A stretch of 64,000 nucleotides of DNA from Gemmatimonadales bacterium. Its GTDB lineage: Bacteria; Gemmatimonadota; Gemmatimonadetes; Gemmatimonadales; GWC2-71-9. Where the stretch lies: the NCBI GenBank assembly GCA_035553475.1, contig DATNDQ010000062.1, positions 360 to 64,359 on the forward strand, read 5' to 3'. Numbering within the stretch: position 1 is the stretch's first letter; the number at the start of each line of letters is the position of its first letter. Position numbers and translations under genes: made by a program. This document shows, one piece after another, positions 8,415 through 17,664 of this stretch. Below the pieces are notes generated by a model. It did not search any database, was not told the DNA's origin, and worked only from the letters and a program-made list of their open reading frames with translations.

Positions 8415-9899
8415 ATGTCCGACTTTAAGAATTTCATCGCCGGCGCCTGGGTTCCCCCCACCACCGGCGACTACTTCGAGAACACCAATCCCGCCGACAC
8501 CTCCGACCTGATCGGGCGATTTCCCCAGTCCGGGGCCGAGGACGTCGCCCGTGCCGCGGCGTCGGCCAAGAAGGGTTTCGCCGCCTGGTCCAGAACCCCG
8601 GCACCCATCCGGGGCCAGGTACTCCAGCGCGTCGGTGATCTCCTGGTCAAGAAGAAGGAAGATTTCGCCCGGGCGATGACGCGCGAGATGGGGAAAGTGC
8701 TGCTCGAGACCCGCGGGGACGTGCAGGAGGGCATCGACACCGCCTACTACGCGCATACCGAGGGCCGCCGGCTCTACGGGAAAACCGTCCCGTCGGAGCT
8801 CCGGAACAAGTGGGCGATGAGTTTCCGCCGCCCCATCGGCACCGTCGGCGTCATCACGCCCTTCAACTTTCCGCTCGCCGTGCCGACGTGGAAAATCTTC
8901 CCGGCCCTGCTGTGCGGCAATGCGGTGATCTGGAAGCCCTCCGAGGACGTGCCGCATACTGCCCATCTGCTGGTCGAGCTGCTGCTCGAGGCGGGTCTCC
9001 CCCCCGAAGTGATCCAGCTGGTGCATGGCGGCGGCGCGGCGGGGAAGGCGCTCGTCGAGCACCCCGATGTCGGCGTGATCTCGTTCACCGGGTCGACGGA
9101 GACCGGCGCCCTGATCGGCGCGACCTGCGGCCGGATGCACAAGCGTCTGTCGCTCGAGATGGGCGGCAAGAACGCGATGATCGTCATGGACGACGCCGAC
9201 CTCGAGCTCGCCCTCGACGGCGTGCTCTGGGGCGCGTTCGGCACCACCGGACAGCGCTGCACGGCCACCAGCCGGCTCATCCTCCAATCCGGCATCCACG
9301 ACCGTTTCGTCAAGATGGTGGCGGACCGCGCGCAGAAGCTGCGGCTCGGTCCCGGGCTCGACGCACAGACCGAAGTGGGACCGCTCATTCATGAAGCCTC
9401 CCGCAACAAGGTCGAAGAGTACGTCGGCATCGCGAAAGAGCAGGGCGCGGCGGTCCTGATCGGCGGGGCCAAGGCGACTGGCAAAGGGCTCGAACGCGGC
9501 TGGTTCTATCAGCCCACGCTGTTCGTGGGCGTGAAACCCGGCATGCGGGTGGAGCAGGAAGAGATCTTCGGGCCCGCCCTGTCGGTGATCAAGGTCAAGG
9601 ACCTGGATGAGGCGATCCGGGTCAACAACGATGTCGCGTACGGGCTCTCCAGTGCTCTCTACTCCCGCGACGTGAACGCGGCTTTCCGCGCACTCAACGA
9701 GCTCGACAACGGCATCACCTACGTGAACGCCCCCACCATCGGCGCCGAGGCGCACCTCCCGTTCGGTGGCGTGAAGCAGACGGGGAACGGGCACCGCGAG
9801 GGCGGGTGGGCGGTCTACGATTTCTACTCGGAGATCAAGGTCGGCTACGTCGACTACTCCGGGAAGCTCCAGCGCGCACAGATCGACACGGAAGCGTGA
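8415..9899 (+). CDS. NAD(P)-dependent aldehyde dehydrogenase family protein
   Basis: 494-aa ORF with catalytic motifs LEMGGKN and GQRCTA and ALDH-typical length. Confidence 0.92.
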   Translation: MSDFKNFIAGAWVPPTTGDYFENTNPADTSDLIGRFPQSGAEDVARAAASAKKGFAAWSRTPAPIRGQVLQRVGDLLVKKKEDFARAMTREMGKVLLETRGDVQEGIDTAYYAHTEGRRLYGKTVPSELRNKWAMSFRRPIGTVGVITPFNFPLAVPTWKIFPALLCGNAVIWKPSEDVPHTAHLLVELLLEAGLPPEVIQLVHGGGAAGKALVEHPDVGVISFTGSTETGALIGATCGRMHKRLSLEMGGKNAMIVMDDADLELALDGVLWGAFGTTGQRCTATSRLILQSGIHDRFVKMVADRAQKLRLGPGLDAQTEVGPLIHEASRNKVEEYVGIAKEQGAAVLIGGAKATGKGLERGWFYQPTLFVGVKPGMRVEQEEIFGPALSVIKVKDLDEAIRVNNDVAYGLSSALYSRDVNAAFRALNELDNGITYVNAPTIGAEAHLPFGGVKQTGNGHREGGWAVYDFYSEIKVGYVDYSGKLQRAQIDTEA

Positions 9900-10873
9900 A
9901 GCGCGTCGCGGGGATGTGCCTGGCGCTGATCGTCGCGTCGTGCGTGCGGCGTCAGGCACCCGCCGCATGGACGGATACGTCCCCGCATACCGTCACGTTC
10001 GTCTCCGTGGCGCCCGACGTCCGGCTCGAAGTACTCGATTGGGGCGGCACCGGTCCGAATCTGGTCTTCCTCTCCGGGCTCGACGACGTCGCCCACGGCT
10101 TCGACGATTTCGCGCCACAGTTCCGGGATGCATTCCATGTCGTCGCCATCACCCGGCGAGGGTTTGGGGCCTCGACGCAAACGCCCTCCGGCTATGACCT
10201 CGCTACCCGGATTCAGGATCTGACCGCGGCACTCGACTCCCTCAACATCGGGAAAGTGATCCTCGTGGGGCATTCGATGGCGGGGGACGAGCTGACGGGA
10301 TTCGCGGGCGCCCATCCGGACCGGGTGACGGCGCTCGTCTATTTCGACGCCGCGTACGACCACTCCGTGCTGGGAGACCTGATCGGCTCCTACCCTCAGC
10401 AGCCGCCTTCCCGCGCGGACTCCGCTTCGCCGAAGGCGTTTCAGCACTACCTGCTCACCACCTTCGGGATGCTGATCCCCGAGTCCCAGATCCGGGCTAC
10501 CGAAGTGTTCGACGGGAACGGCCACCTTCGGTCCGACGTCACACCCGCGACCGTCGATTCGCAGATGCTCGCGGGGGCGGGGCACCCGGACTACTCGAAG
10601 GTGCACGCGCCGGCGCTGGCCATCGACGCGGTGGTGGACTCCGCTCCGCAGCTCTTCCCCCGCTGGAGCAAGTTTGACGATTCGACCAGGGCTCAGGGGA
10701 GGCGGTTCACGACCAGGATCACGGCGTGGGGGGCCGCCCAACGAGTGATGTTCAGGCAGGCGATGCCGCGGGCGAAGGTGGTCGAGCTGCATGGTGCCAA
10801 CCACTACGTCTTCTATTCCAACCGGATCGACGTCGTAGGGGAAATGCGGGCATTCCTCGCGACGGCGAAATAG
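9896..10873 (+). CDS. Alpha/beta hydrolase, probable lipoprotein
   Basis: Trimmed to GTG 9896 (GTGA overlap with the ALDH stop): VKRVAGMCLALIVASC lipobox. Nucleophile elbow GHSMAG. ATG 9914 is an alternative start. Confidence 0.8.
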   Translation: MKRVAGMCLALIVASCVRRQAPAAWTDTSPHTVTFVSVAPDVRLEVLDWGGTGPNLVFLSGLDDVAHGFDDFAPQFRDAFHVVAITRRGFGASTQTPSGYDLATRIQDLTAALDSLNIGKVILVGHSMAGDELTGFAGAHPDRVTALVYFDAAYDHSVLGDLIGSYPQQPPSRADSASPKAFQHYLLTTFGMLIPESQIRATEVFDGNGHLRSDVTPATVDSQMLAGAGHPDYSKVHAPALAIDAVVDSAPQLFPRWSKFDDSTRAQGRRFTTRITAWGAAQRVMFRQAMPRAKVVELHGANHYVFYSNRIDVVGEMRAFLATAK

Positions 10874-10933
10874 GACGTTTTTCGGTACCATCCCGCACGA
10901 ATCGGGTGCAGGTGAGTCTCCGCACGCGCCGCA

Positions 10934-11197
10934 TTGTGTGTCGTGGCGCACACTCCCTTCGAGTCCCTCGTCATCATTTTGAATGCCGGCGGCTCACCGC
11001 TCGAGGATGACGCGCTTCGCGCGTTCGACGGTGTGTCACCGGTGTGGGTCAGAGTCGAGCGCGAGGGATCGGTCGCGTGCCTCGCCGCCCGCATCCGTCA
11101 CGTCGAGTCGTTCGACGACCTCGGGGTCCGGATTCGGGGGTGGGGGGGTGCCCGGGGGTGGACAGTGACTGTTGCGCCGTGCGGGCCCCTCCGCTAA
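10934..11197 (+). CDS. Hypothetical small protein (uncertain)
   Basis: 87-codon ORF in an otherwise 335-bp gap. I read its codons and third positions are predominantly G/C, like real genes here, while the other frames look like shadow frames. No family recognised and the start is uncertain. Confidence 0.35.
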   Translation: MCVVAHTPFESLVIILNAGGSPLEDDALRAFDGVSPVWVRVEREGSVACLAARIRHVESFDDLGVRIRGWGGARGWTVTVAPCGPLR

Positions 11198-11207
11198 CGT
11201 ACGATAC

Positions 11208-11981
11208 ATGCACGACTTGGGGGCTCCCCAGAGTTCGCCCAGCGCGCCACTCCCGCGTGAGTCCTCGCATCCCCCAAAAAATCGCCGTTCGTTCTTCGCC
11301 CGATGGTTCGACGCCTGGATGCGCACGTTGGGTATGGCGTTCGTGTTGTTCATCCTCCTGCACACCTTCGTTCTTGAAGCGTTCCAGATTCCGAGCGGCA
11401 GCATGGAGCACACGCTGCTCATCGGCGACTTCCTCTTCGTGAACAAAGCCGTGTACGGTGCCGTGATTCCCGGCACGCACACGCGTCTGCCCGGTTTCGC
11501 GACTCCGCATCGCGGTGATGTGGTGGTCTTCCCGTACCCCCGGCATCCCGACACGACCTTCGTCAAGCGCATCGTCGGCGTCGGCGGGGACACGCTCCAG
11601 ATGGTCGAAGGGCACATGATCGTGAACGGGGTCCGGAGCGCCGAGCCGTACGTCGAGCGCACGGACTCGCTGCGGAACGATTGCGACGAGTCCTTCGAAT
11701 GGCAGGTGGCGTACCTGGTGGACACTTCGGCCGCGGCGCGCGCCAGCTATCATGGGTGCCGCGACGATTGGGGCCCGCTGGTCGTGCCGCCGCACAAGTT
11801 CTTCGTGATGGGGGACAACCGCGACATCTCGCTCGATTCCCGCTACTGGGGATTCGTGGACGAGAGTACGATTCGTGGCCGGCCCCTCATCGTGTACTGG
11901 AGCGTCGACCGGGACGCGCACGATCATTTTCCGTGGCTTAACGACATCAGATGGTCGCGATTGGGTTCGCTGATTCACTGA
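11208..11981 (+). CDS. lepB: Signal peptidase I
   Basis: Catalytic Ser box SGSMEHTL, Lys box VKRIVGVGGD, and GDNRDISLDSRYWGFV. ATG 11208 chosen; TTG 11172 is possible. Confidence 0.85.
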   Translation: MHDLGAPQSSPSAPLPRESSHPPKNRRSFFARWFDAWMRTLGMAFVLFILLHTFVLEAFQIPSGSMEHTLLIGDFLFVNKAVYGAVIPGTHTRLPGFATPHRGDVVVFPYPRHPDTTFVKRIVGVGGDTLQMVEGHMIVNGVRSAEPYVERTDSLRNDCDESFEWQVAYLVDTSAAARASYHGCRDDWGPLVVPPHKFFVMGDNRDISLDSRYWGFVDESTIRGRPLIVYWSVDRDAHDHFPWLNDIRWSRLGSLIH

Positions 11982-12015
11982 AGTCTTCGTTCATGCACGG
12001 AGGAAGAGGGACCCC

Positions 12016-12873
12016 ATGCAACTGAACACGGCGAGGCGCGCTTCGTTCGACGAAGGCTCACTGGACCAGTATCTCCGTGAGATCAGTCAGTATCCGCTGA
12101 TCACCCGGGAAGAGGAGGTACTCCTCGCGCAGAAGATCAAGCTGGCCGACGAGGAGGCCCTCGACAAGCTGGTCCGATCGAATCTCCGGTTCGTGGTTTC
12201 GGTCGCGAAGAAGTACCAGAACCAGGGAGTCTCGCTCGCCGACCTGATCAACGAGGGCAACCTCGGTCTGATCCGCGCGGCGCACAAGTTCGACGAGACC
12301 AAGGGCATCAAGTTCATCTCCTACGCGGTCTGGTGGATCCGCCAGGCCATCCTGCAGGCCCTGGCCGAGCAGTCGCGCATCGTCCGCGTGCCGCTCAACC
12401 GGGCGGGCACACTGCACCGGATCGGCAAGCGCTCGTCGGCGCTGCTCCAGGAGCTGGGACGCGAGCCGACCGTCGAGGAAATCGCCGAGGGGATGGACAT
12501 CTCGGAAGAGGAAGTCGCGAAGACGATGTCGATCTCGCAGGCGCACCTCTCCCTGGACGCGCCCCTCACTCCCGGTGAAGACAACAAGCTGCTGGACTAC
12601 CTGCCCGACACGCAGAACCCCGGTCCCGACGACGAGATCTTCGAGCACGCGCTCACCGAGTCCGTGGAGAAGGTGCTCGGCACGCTGAAGGACCGCGAAG
12701 CCCTGATTCTCCGCCTCTATTTCGGCCTCGAAACCCCGGAGCCCCTCACGCTCGAAGAGATCGGGGCGAGGCTCGGCATCACGCGGGAGCGGGTCCGGCA
12801 AATCAAGGAGAAGGCGCTGGCGAGGCTCCGGCACGTCTCGCGGGCCCGGGCGCTCGACTCGTTCCTGTTCTAG
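12016..12873 (+). CDS. rpoD: RNA polymerase sigma factor, RpoD/SigA family (short FCB-type, no region 1.1)
   Basis: 285 aa. Region 2 DLINEGNLGLIRAAHKFDETKGIKFISYAVWWIRQAILQALAEQSRIVRVPLN; region 4.2 TLEEIGARLGITRERVRQIKEKAL. Confidence 0.9.
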   Translation: MQLNTARRASFDEGSLDQYLREISQYPLITREEEVLLAQKIKLADEEALDKLVRSNLRFVVSVAKKYQNQGVSLADLINEGNLGLIRAAHKFDETKGIKFISYAVWWIRQAILQALAEQSRIVRVPLNRAGTLHRIGKRSSALLQELGREPTVEEIAEGMDISEEEVAKTMSISQAHLSLDAPLTPGEDNKLLDYLPDTQNPGPDDEIFEHALTESVEKVLGTLKDREALILRLYFGLETPEPLTLEEIGARLGITRERVRQIKEKALARLRHVSRARALDSFLF

Positions 12874-12888
12874 CACCGTCCGTCCAAG

Positions 12889-12928
12889 GAAAGCCCCGCC
12901 CGATTGGGCGGGGCTTTCTATTTATATT
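12889..12928 (+). terminator. Rho-independent terminator after rpoD
   Basis: 13-bp perfect stem gaaagccccgccc / gggcggggctttc with loop gatt, followed by the T-rich tract tatttatatt. Confidence 0.7.
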
Positions 12929-12935
12929 CCGGCCC

Positions 12936-13439
12936 ATGGCCTCCCAATCGTCGTTCGACGTCTCGACGGGCGCCGACCTCCAGGAAGTCGACAACGCCGT
13001 GAACCAGGCGACCAAAGAGGTCACGCAGCGGTATGACTTCAAGGGGTCGAAAGCCTCGATCACCTTCGACCGGACCAAGGGGCTCCTGACCCTGGTCGCG
13101 GACGACGACTACAAGATGAAAGCGCTGTTCGACGTCCTGCAGGGCAAGATGATCAAGCGCGGGGTCCCGGTGAAAAACCTGCAGCTGGGGGAGATCGTGC
13201 CGGCGACGGGGGACACGGTCCGCCGCGAGATCACCCTCACGCAGGGCATCCCGCAGGACAAGGCCAAGGCCATCGTGAAGGCCATCAAGGACAAGAAGTT
13301 CAAGAAGGCCCAAGCCTCCATTCAGGGAGAGGAAATCCGGGTGCAGTCACCCTCGAAGGACGAGCTTCAGGAGGTCATGGCCTTCCTGCGCACCCAGGAC
13401 TTCGGCATCGAGCTGAAGTACGGGAACTACCGCGGATGA
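12936..13439 (+). CDS. yajQ: YajQ-family (UPF0234) nucleotide/c-di-GMP-binding protein
   Basis: 167-aa ORF. SFDVSTGADLQEVDNAVNQATKEVTQRYDFKG is typical of YajQ. Confidence 0.9.
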   Translation: MASQSSFDVSTGADLQEVDNAVNQATKEVTQRYDFKGSKASITFDRTKGLLTLVADDDYKMKALFDVLQGKMIKRGVPVKNLQLGEIVPATGDTVRREITLTQGIPQDKAKAIVKAIKDKKFKKAQASIQGEEIRVQSPSKDELQEVMAFLRTQDFGIELKYGNYRG

Positions 13440-14752
13440 AGCTCGGCGTCATCTCCCTCGGGTGTGACAAGGCGACGGTCGACTCCGAGCGCCTGGTGGG
13501 GGACCTGGTAGGCCATGGGGCGGTCGTGACCCCCGACCTGCCGCATTCGGACGTCATCCTGGTCAACACCTGCGGGTTCATCGACGCCGCAAAGCAGGAA
13601 TCCATCAACGCCATCCTCGGCGCCGCCCGCTTGAAGCAGGACGGGGACGTGAAGGCGGTAGTCGCCGTCGGATGCCTCGTCCAGCGCTACAAGACCGAGC
13701 TCGCCGCCGAGATGCCTGAGGTGGATCTCTTCCTCGGATTCTCAGACCTCCATCATCTGGTCCCCGAGCTCGCCAAGCGCGGACTGATCGCCGACCCGGT
13801 GACGGATCATCCGGGCGTGCGGCAGTTCCTGGGCGACCAGCCGCACGTCCGCTATCTCAAGATCTCGGAAGGCTGCGATCACACCTGCGCCTTTTGCGCC
13901 ATCCCGCTCATGCGCGGGAAGCATCGCTCCGAGCCGGTGGAGCGCCTGGTGCGCGAGGCGCAGGCCCTCGAAGCCCAGGGCGCCGTGGAAATCAACCTCG
14001 TCGCGCAGGACCTGGGACACTTCGGACGCGATCTGGGGCTCGGTGGTCCCAAACTCCCCGATCTCCTGGAAGCGCTCCTCTCGGCAACGTCGGTGCCGTG
14101 GTACCGGCTCCTGTACGTCTATTCCGCGGGGTTGTCGGAGCGCCTGGTGCGCGTGATCGCGGACAACCCGCGCATCGTTCCCTACATCGATATGCCCATC
14201 CAGCACGCCAACGACCAGATGCTGGAGAAGATGCGCCGCCCGGAACGGAAGCGGACCATCGTCGAGAAGCTGGCTTGGCTGCGCGCCGCCGTGCCCGACC
14301 TCGCCGTGCGGACCACGTGCCTCGTAGGATTTCCGGGTGAGACCGACGAGCAATTCCGCGAGCTCGTCGAATTCATCGAAGAGGCACAGTTCGACCGCAT
14401 GGGTGCGTTCACGTATTCGCCGCAGGAGGGCACCCGGGCGATGCAGTACCCGGACGATGTGCCCGAGGAAGTGAAGCGCGAGCGCCTGGAAGAGCTCATG
14501 GAAGTCCAGCGCGCGGTGTCGGGGGACCGGCTCGCGCGGTTCGTCGGACGCGAGGTGGACGTGCTCATCGACCGGGTGGCCGATCCTCTGGACGGAGGCG
14601 CAACCCACGTCGGGCGGGTGCCCTGGCAGGCAGACGATGTGGACGGCGTCACCTACGTCGCGGCGGGGGGTTGGGCCCGCCCCGGCAAGATGATCCGGGC
14701 GCGCGTCACGGAGAGCGAAGACTACGATTTCCGGGCGGTCGCGCTGGCGTGA
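13436..14752 (+). CDS. rimO: Ribosomal protein S12 methylthiotransferase RimO
   Basis: 438 aa with UPF0004 N-domain, radical-SAM CDHTCAFCAIP motif and a TRAM C-terminus. ATGA overlap with yajQ. Confidence 0.92.
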   Translation: MKLGVISLGCDKATVDSERLVGDLVGHGAVVTPDLPHSDVILVNTCGFIDAAKQESINAILGAARLKQDGDVKAVVAVGCLVQRYKTELAAEMPEVDLFLGFSDLHHLVPELAKRGLIADPVTDHPGVRQFLGDQPHVRYLKISEGCDHTCAFCAIPLMRGKHRSEPVERLVREAQALEAQGAVEINLVAQDLGHFGRDLGLGGPKLPDLLEALLSATSVPWYRLLYVYSAGLSERLVRVIADNPRIVPYIDMPIQHANDQMLEKMRRPERKRTIVEKLAWLRAAVPDLAVRTTCLVGFPGETDEQFRELVEFIEEAQFDRMGAFTYSPQEGTRAMQYPDDVPEEVKRERLEELMEVQRAVSGDRLARFVGREVDVLIDRVADPLDGGATHVGRVPWQADDVDGVTYVAAGGWARPGKMIRARVTESEDYDFRAVALA

Positions 14753-15972
14753 GGCCAGCCCTCGCCCGACGCGTCCTCGCGGCCGTGGCGCTCCTCGGCG
14801 CCGCGGCCTGCAATCCCCACCGTCCGCCCCCACTCCCCGGGGCCGAACCTGAGCTCCGCATCGGCATCGCCGACGGCCTGAAGCGGATCACCCTGGGTGG
14901 CGACGCTCAGGTCCTTGTCACTGACGACGCCAATGGGTCCGCAGTGGCCGGCATCCCCGCCGGTTCCGTCTGGTCCATCGTGCCCGACTCGGGCGCCCTG
15001 GTGCTGATCGCGCCCGATGGCGCCCGCACCGGCCGTCATCAGGGCATCTCCGCGGTCAGCGCCACCGACAATCATTTCGTCGCGGCGGACGGGAAGCGCT
15101 ACCGGGGCAGGGTCAATGTGGTCCGCACGGGCACGGGGCTGCAGCTCATCAACCGCATCGGGCTGGAAGGGTATGTGGCCGCCGTCATCGGGCCGGAGAT
15201 GGGGCCGCGGCGCCAGGACGAGCTTCAGGCCCTCGACGCCCAGGCGATCGTGTCCCGCACCTTCGCGCTGAAGAACCGGGGTCGCTGGGAGGCCCAAGGG
15301 TTCGACCTGACGGACGACACGCGGGACCAGGTGTACGGGGGCGTGGCGGCAGAGACACAACAGGCCTGGGCCGCCGTGCGACGGACCGCCGGGCTGGTCG
15401 TGATGTACCACGGGGACCTGATCGACGCGTTTTTCCACTCGACCTGCGGGTTCCGGACCGCGGACGCGACCGAGGCGTTCCGGAACGGCGTTGCCCGTCC
15501 GTACCTCCGTCCGGTGTCGGACGCGTCGGGGGGCGGGCACTACTACTGCGACATTTCCCCGCGGTTCCGGTGGCGCGAAGAATGGGATGGCGCCACGCTC
15601 CGCACTATATTGGCCCGCAGCATCCCCGATCTGCAGCGGATCGTCAACATCGAGGTCTCGAAGACGTCGCCGTCGGGGCGCGTGGCGGAGCTGCGGATCG
15701 TGTTCCCCCACGGCGAGGCACGGATACCGGAGCCGGACGTCCGTAGCGTGCTCCGGTCCGCCTCGGGATCGCTGTTGCAGAGCGCCGCGTTCCAGGTGTT
15801 CGTCACCACCGACTCGGGGCAGGTCACCAGCCTCGTCGCGGCGGGCGCCGGGTCCGGACACGGTGTGGGGTTCTGCCAGTGGGGTGCCATCGGTCGCGCC
15901 CGCGCGGGGCAGGGGTATCACGACATCATCACGACGTACTTTCCGGGGACCGACATTGAAAAACTTTACTAA
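14749..15972 (+). CDS. SpoIID/LytB domain protein, probable lipoprotein
   Basis: Trimmed to GTG 14749 (GTGA overlap): VRPALARRVLAAVALLGAAAC lipobox. SpoIID motifs AQAIVSRTFAL and FHSTCGFRT. Confidence 0.85.
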   Translation: MRPALARRVLAAVALLGAAACNPHRPPPLPGAEPELRIGIADGLKRITLGGDAQVLVTDDANGSAVAGIPAGSVWSIVPDSGALVLIAPDGARTGRHQGISAVSATDNHFVAADGKRYRGRVNVVRTGTGLQLINRIGLEGYVAAVIGPEMGPRRQDELQALDAQAIVSRTFALKNRGRWEAQGFDLTDDTRDQVYGGVAAETQQAWAAVRRTAGLVVMYHGDLIDAFFHSTCGFRTADATEAFRNGVARPYLRPVSDASGGGHYYCDISPRFRWREEWDGATLRTILARSIPDLQRIVNIEVSKTSPSGRVAELRIVFPHGEARIPEPDVRSVLRSASGSLLQSAAFQVFVTTDSGQVTSLVAAGAGSGHGVGFCQWGAIGRARAGQGYHDIITTYFPGTDIEKLY

Positions 15973-16660
15973 CAACAAGTCGGTTAGACGGCTAGTTCGT
16001 AGTCGGTTAGTGGCGCTCCTGATGGGAGGGCTGGCACTAACCGCCTATCCGCCTAACCGCCTAACCGCCCAGTCCTTTTTAGAGCAGTTCTCCTACGACA
16101 ACCTGCAACCCACGGGCCTGCGGTTCGAGCTCGGTGCCCTCGGCGCCAGCCGGCTCCGGGGCGCCATGGTGGGCGCTTTCCGGTTCGACGCCGGCAACAT
16201 CGCCCCCCGGGTGCGGGTACTGCTGGGACTCTCGTATTTCCGGTCCAACTTCAGCCAGAGCTCGCTCAACGACTTCGCGAACAAGATCCGGGCGCTGGTC
16301 AATGACCCGGACTCGAACTTTACGGTGAACGTCGGCCAGATCCGGTGGTCGGACCTCGCGGGAGATCTGGACCTGCAGTACGCCTTCCCTCAGAGCCAGA
16401 CCCTCACCACGTTTCTGGGGGCCGGCGTCGGCGTGCATCTGCGCCACGGCTCCGGTTCGGCCATCAACGGCACGTTCGTGCAGGACGCACTCGATGGCCT
16501 CTTTCCAGCAGCCAACGTGACCGTGGGCGTCGAAGCCCGGCTCACTTCGCAAGTGGCCCTGTCCGCCGAGGGCCGTGGCGTCGTGTCGCAGGGGTTGTCC
16601 ACCGCGTCACTGTCCGTCGGACTCATGTACCGGTTTCACGGAGCGGGAGGCCCGCGTTGA
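15956..16660 (+). CDS. Putative outer-membrane beta-barrel protein
   Basis: Tail of ORF 15491..16660. Signal-like KSVRRLVRSRLVALLMGGLALTA, then alternating beta-strand pattern ending SVGLMYRF. Start uncertain: TTG 15956, GTG 16010 or ATG 16022. Confidence 0.55.
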   Translation: MKNFTNNKSVRRLVRSRLVALLMGGLALTAYPPNRLTAQSFLEQFSYDNLQPTGLRFELGALGASRLRGAMVGAFRFDAGNIAPRVRVLLGLSYFRSNFSQSSLNDFANKIRALVNDPDSNFTVNVGQIRWSDLAGDLDLQYAFPQSQTLTTFLGAGVGVHLRHGSGSAINGTFVQDALDGLFPAANVTVGVEARLTSQVALSAEGRGVVSQGLSTASLSVGLMYRFHGAGGPR

Positions 16661-17664
16661 ACGATCCGGTCCGGGTTGCCATCATCGGTGCAGGCGGGAT
16701 TGCGCAAGTCGCGCACCTGCCCGTGTTGCGCAAGCTGCCCGGCGTCGAGATTGCGGCGATCTGTGACAACGATCTCTCCAAAGCGCAGGCACTCGCCTCC
16801 CGGTTCGACGTCAAGAACACCTACGACGACATCGAAGAGGTCCTGAAATACGCCGAGGCGGATGCGGTGGTGCTCTGCACGCCGAATCATCTGCACGAAA
16901 TCCACGCCGTCGCCGCCCTGTCGGCGGGCGCGCATGTCCTGTGCGAACGGCCCCTGGCGCTCAAGACTGAAGGCGTGGAGGTCGTCCTCCAGGCGGCGGA
17001 ACGGTATGGCAAGCGGATCATGGTGGGGATGAATCACCGGTTCCGCACCGACGTACAGGCCGTGCGCAACTTCGTGAACGGCGGCGAGCTGGGGACCGTC
17101 GATGCCATCCGCGGCGGGTGGTACACCTTCCAGCCCTCCCGGCAGCAGCTGGGATGGCGGCTCCATCGCCCGGAGGCGGGCGGGGGCGCGATCCTCGACC
17201 TCGGCATGCCGCTGATCGACCTGGGGCTCTGGCTCACAGGGTGGCCCCTGCCCAAGCGGGTGTCCGCGAACGTCCTGGGGCGCTCCGCGGGAGGCGTGGA
17301 GGACCTGGGCTCCGCACTGATCGTCTGCGAGAATGGCACCGCGATCTCGGTGGACGTCAGCTGGCGCCACATGGGGGCGGGCGAGCGCTTCTGGTTCGAC
17401 GTGGTGGGGAAGAAGGGCGCCGCCTCGATCCAGCCGCTCCGCGTGTTCAAGGACGTGCACGGGACGCCGACCGATGTGACGCCCACGGGCGCGAGCTCGC
17501 GGGAGACGGTCTTCCAGCAGTCGTATCGCGCGGAGTGGACCTACTTCCTGGCGGTGCTTCGCGGTGACGTGAACGCACCCCCTCCCAAGGACCAGTTGGC
17601 GCTGCAGCGCGTCATGGATGCCCTCTACCGGTCCGCCGAAGAGGGACGCGACGTGCTCCTGTGA
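16657..17664 (+). CDS. Gfo/Idh/MocA-family oxidoreductase
   Basis: Trimmed to TTG 16657 (TTGA overlap): LNDPVRVAIIGAGGIAQVAHLP Rossmann N-terminus with a typical C-terminal domain. Confidence 0.85.
   Translation: MNDPVRVAIIGAGGIAQVAHLPVLRKLPGVEIAAICDNDLSKAQALASRFDVKNTYDDIEEVLKYAEADAVVLCTPNHLHEIHAVAALSAGAHVLCERPLALKTEGVEVVLQAAERYGKRIMVGMNHRFRTDVQAVRNFVNGGELGTVDAIRGGWYTFQPSRQQLGWRLHRPEAGGGAILDLGMPLIDLGLWLTGWPLPKRVSANVLGRSAGGVEDLGSALIVCENGTAISVDVSWRHMGAGERFWFDVVGKKGAASIQPLRVFKDVHGTPTDVTPTGASSRETVFQQSYRAEWTYFLAVLRGDVNAPPPKDQLALQRVMDALYRSAEEGRDVLL

Noticed and set aside
8298-9968. 556-aa minus-strand ORF
   Set aside because: It lies antisense to the strongly supported aldehyde dehydrogenase gene. 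The product is Arg/Gly/Pro/Asp-rich with no motifs, typical of a high-GC shadow ORF.
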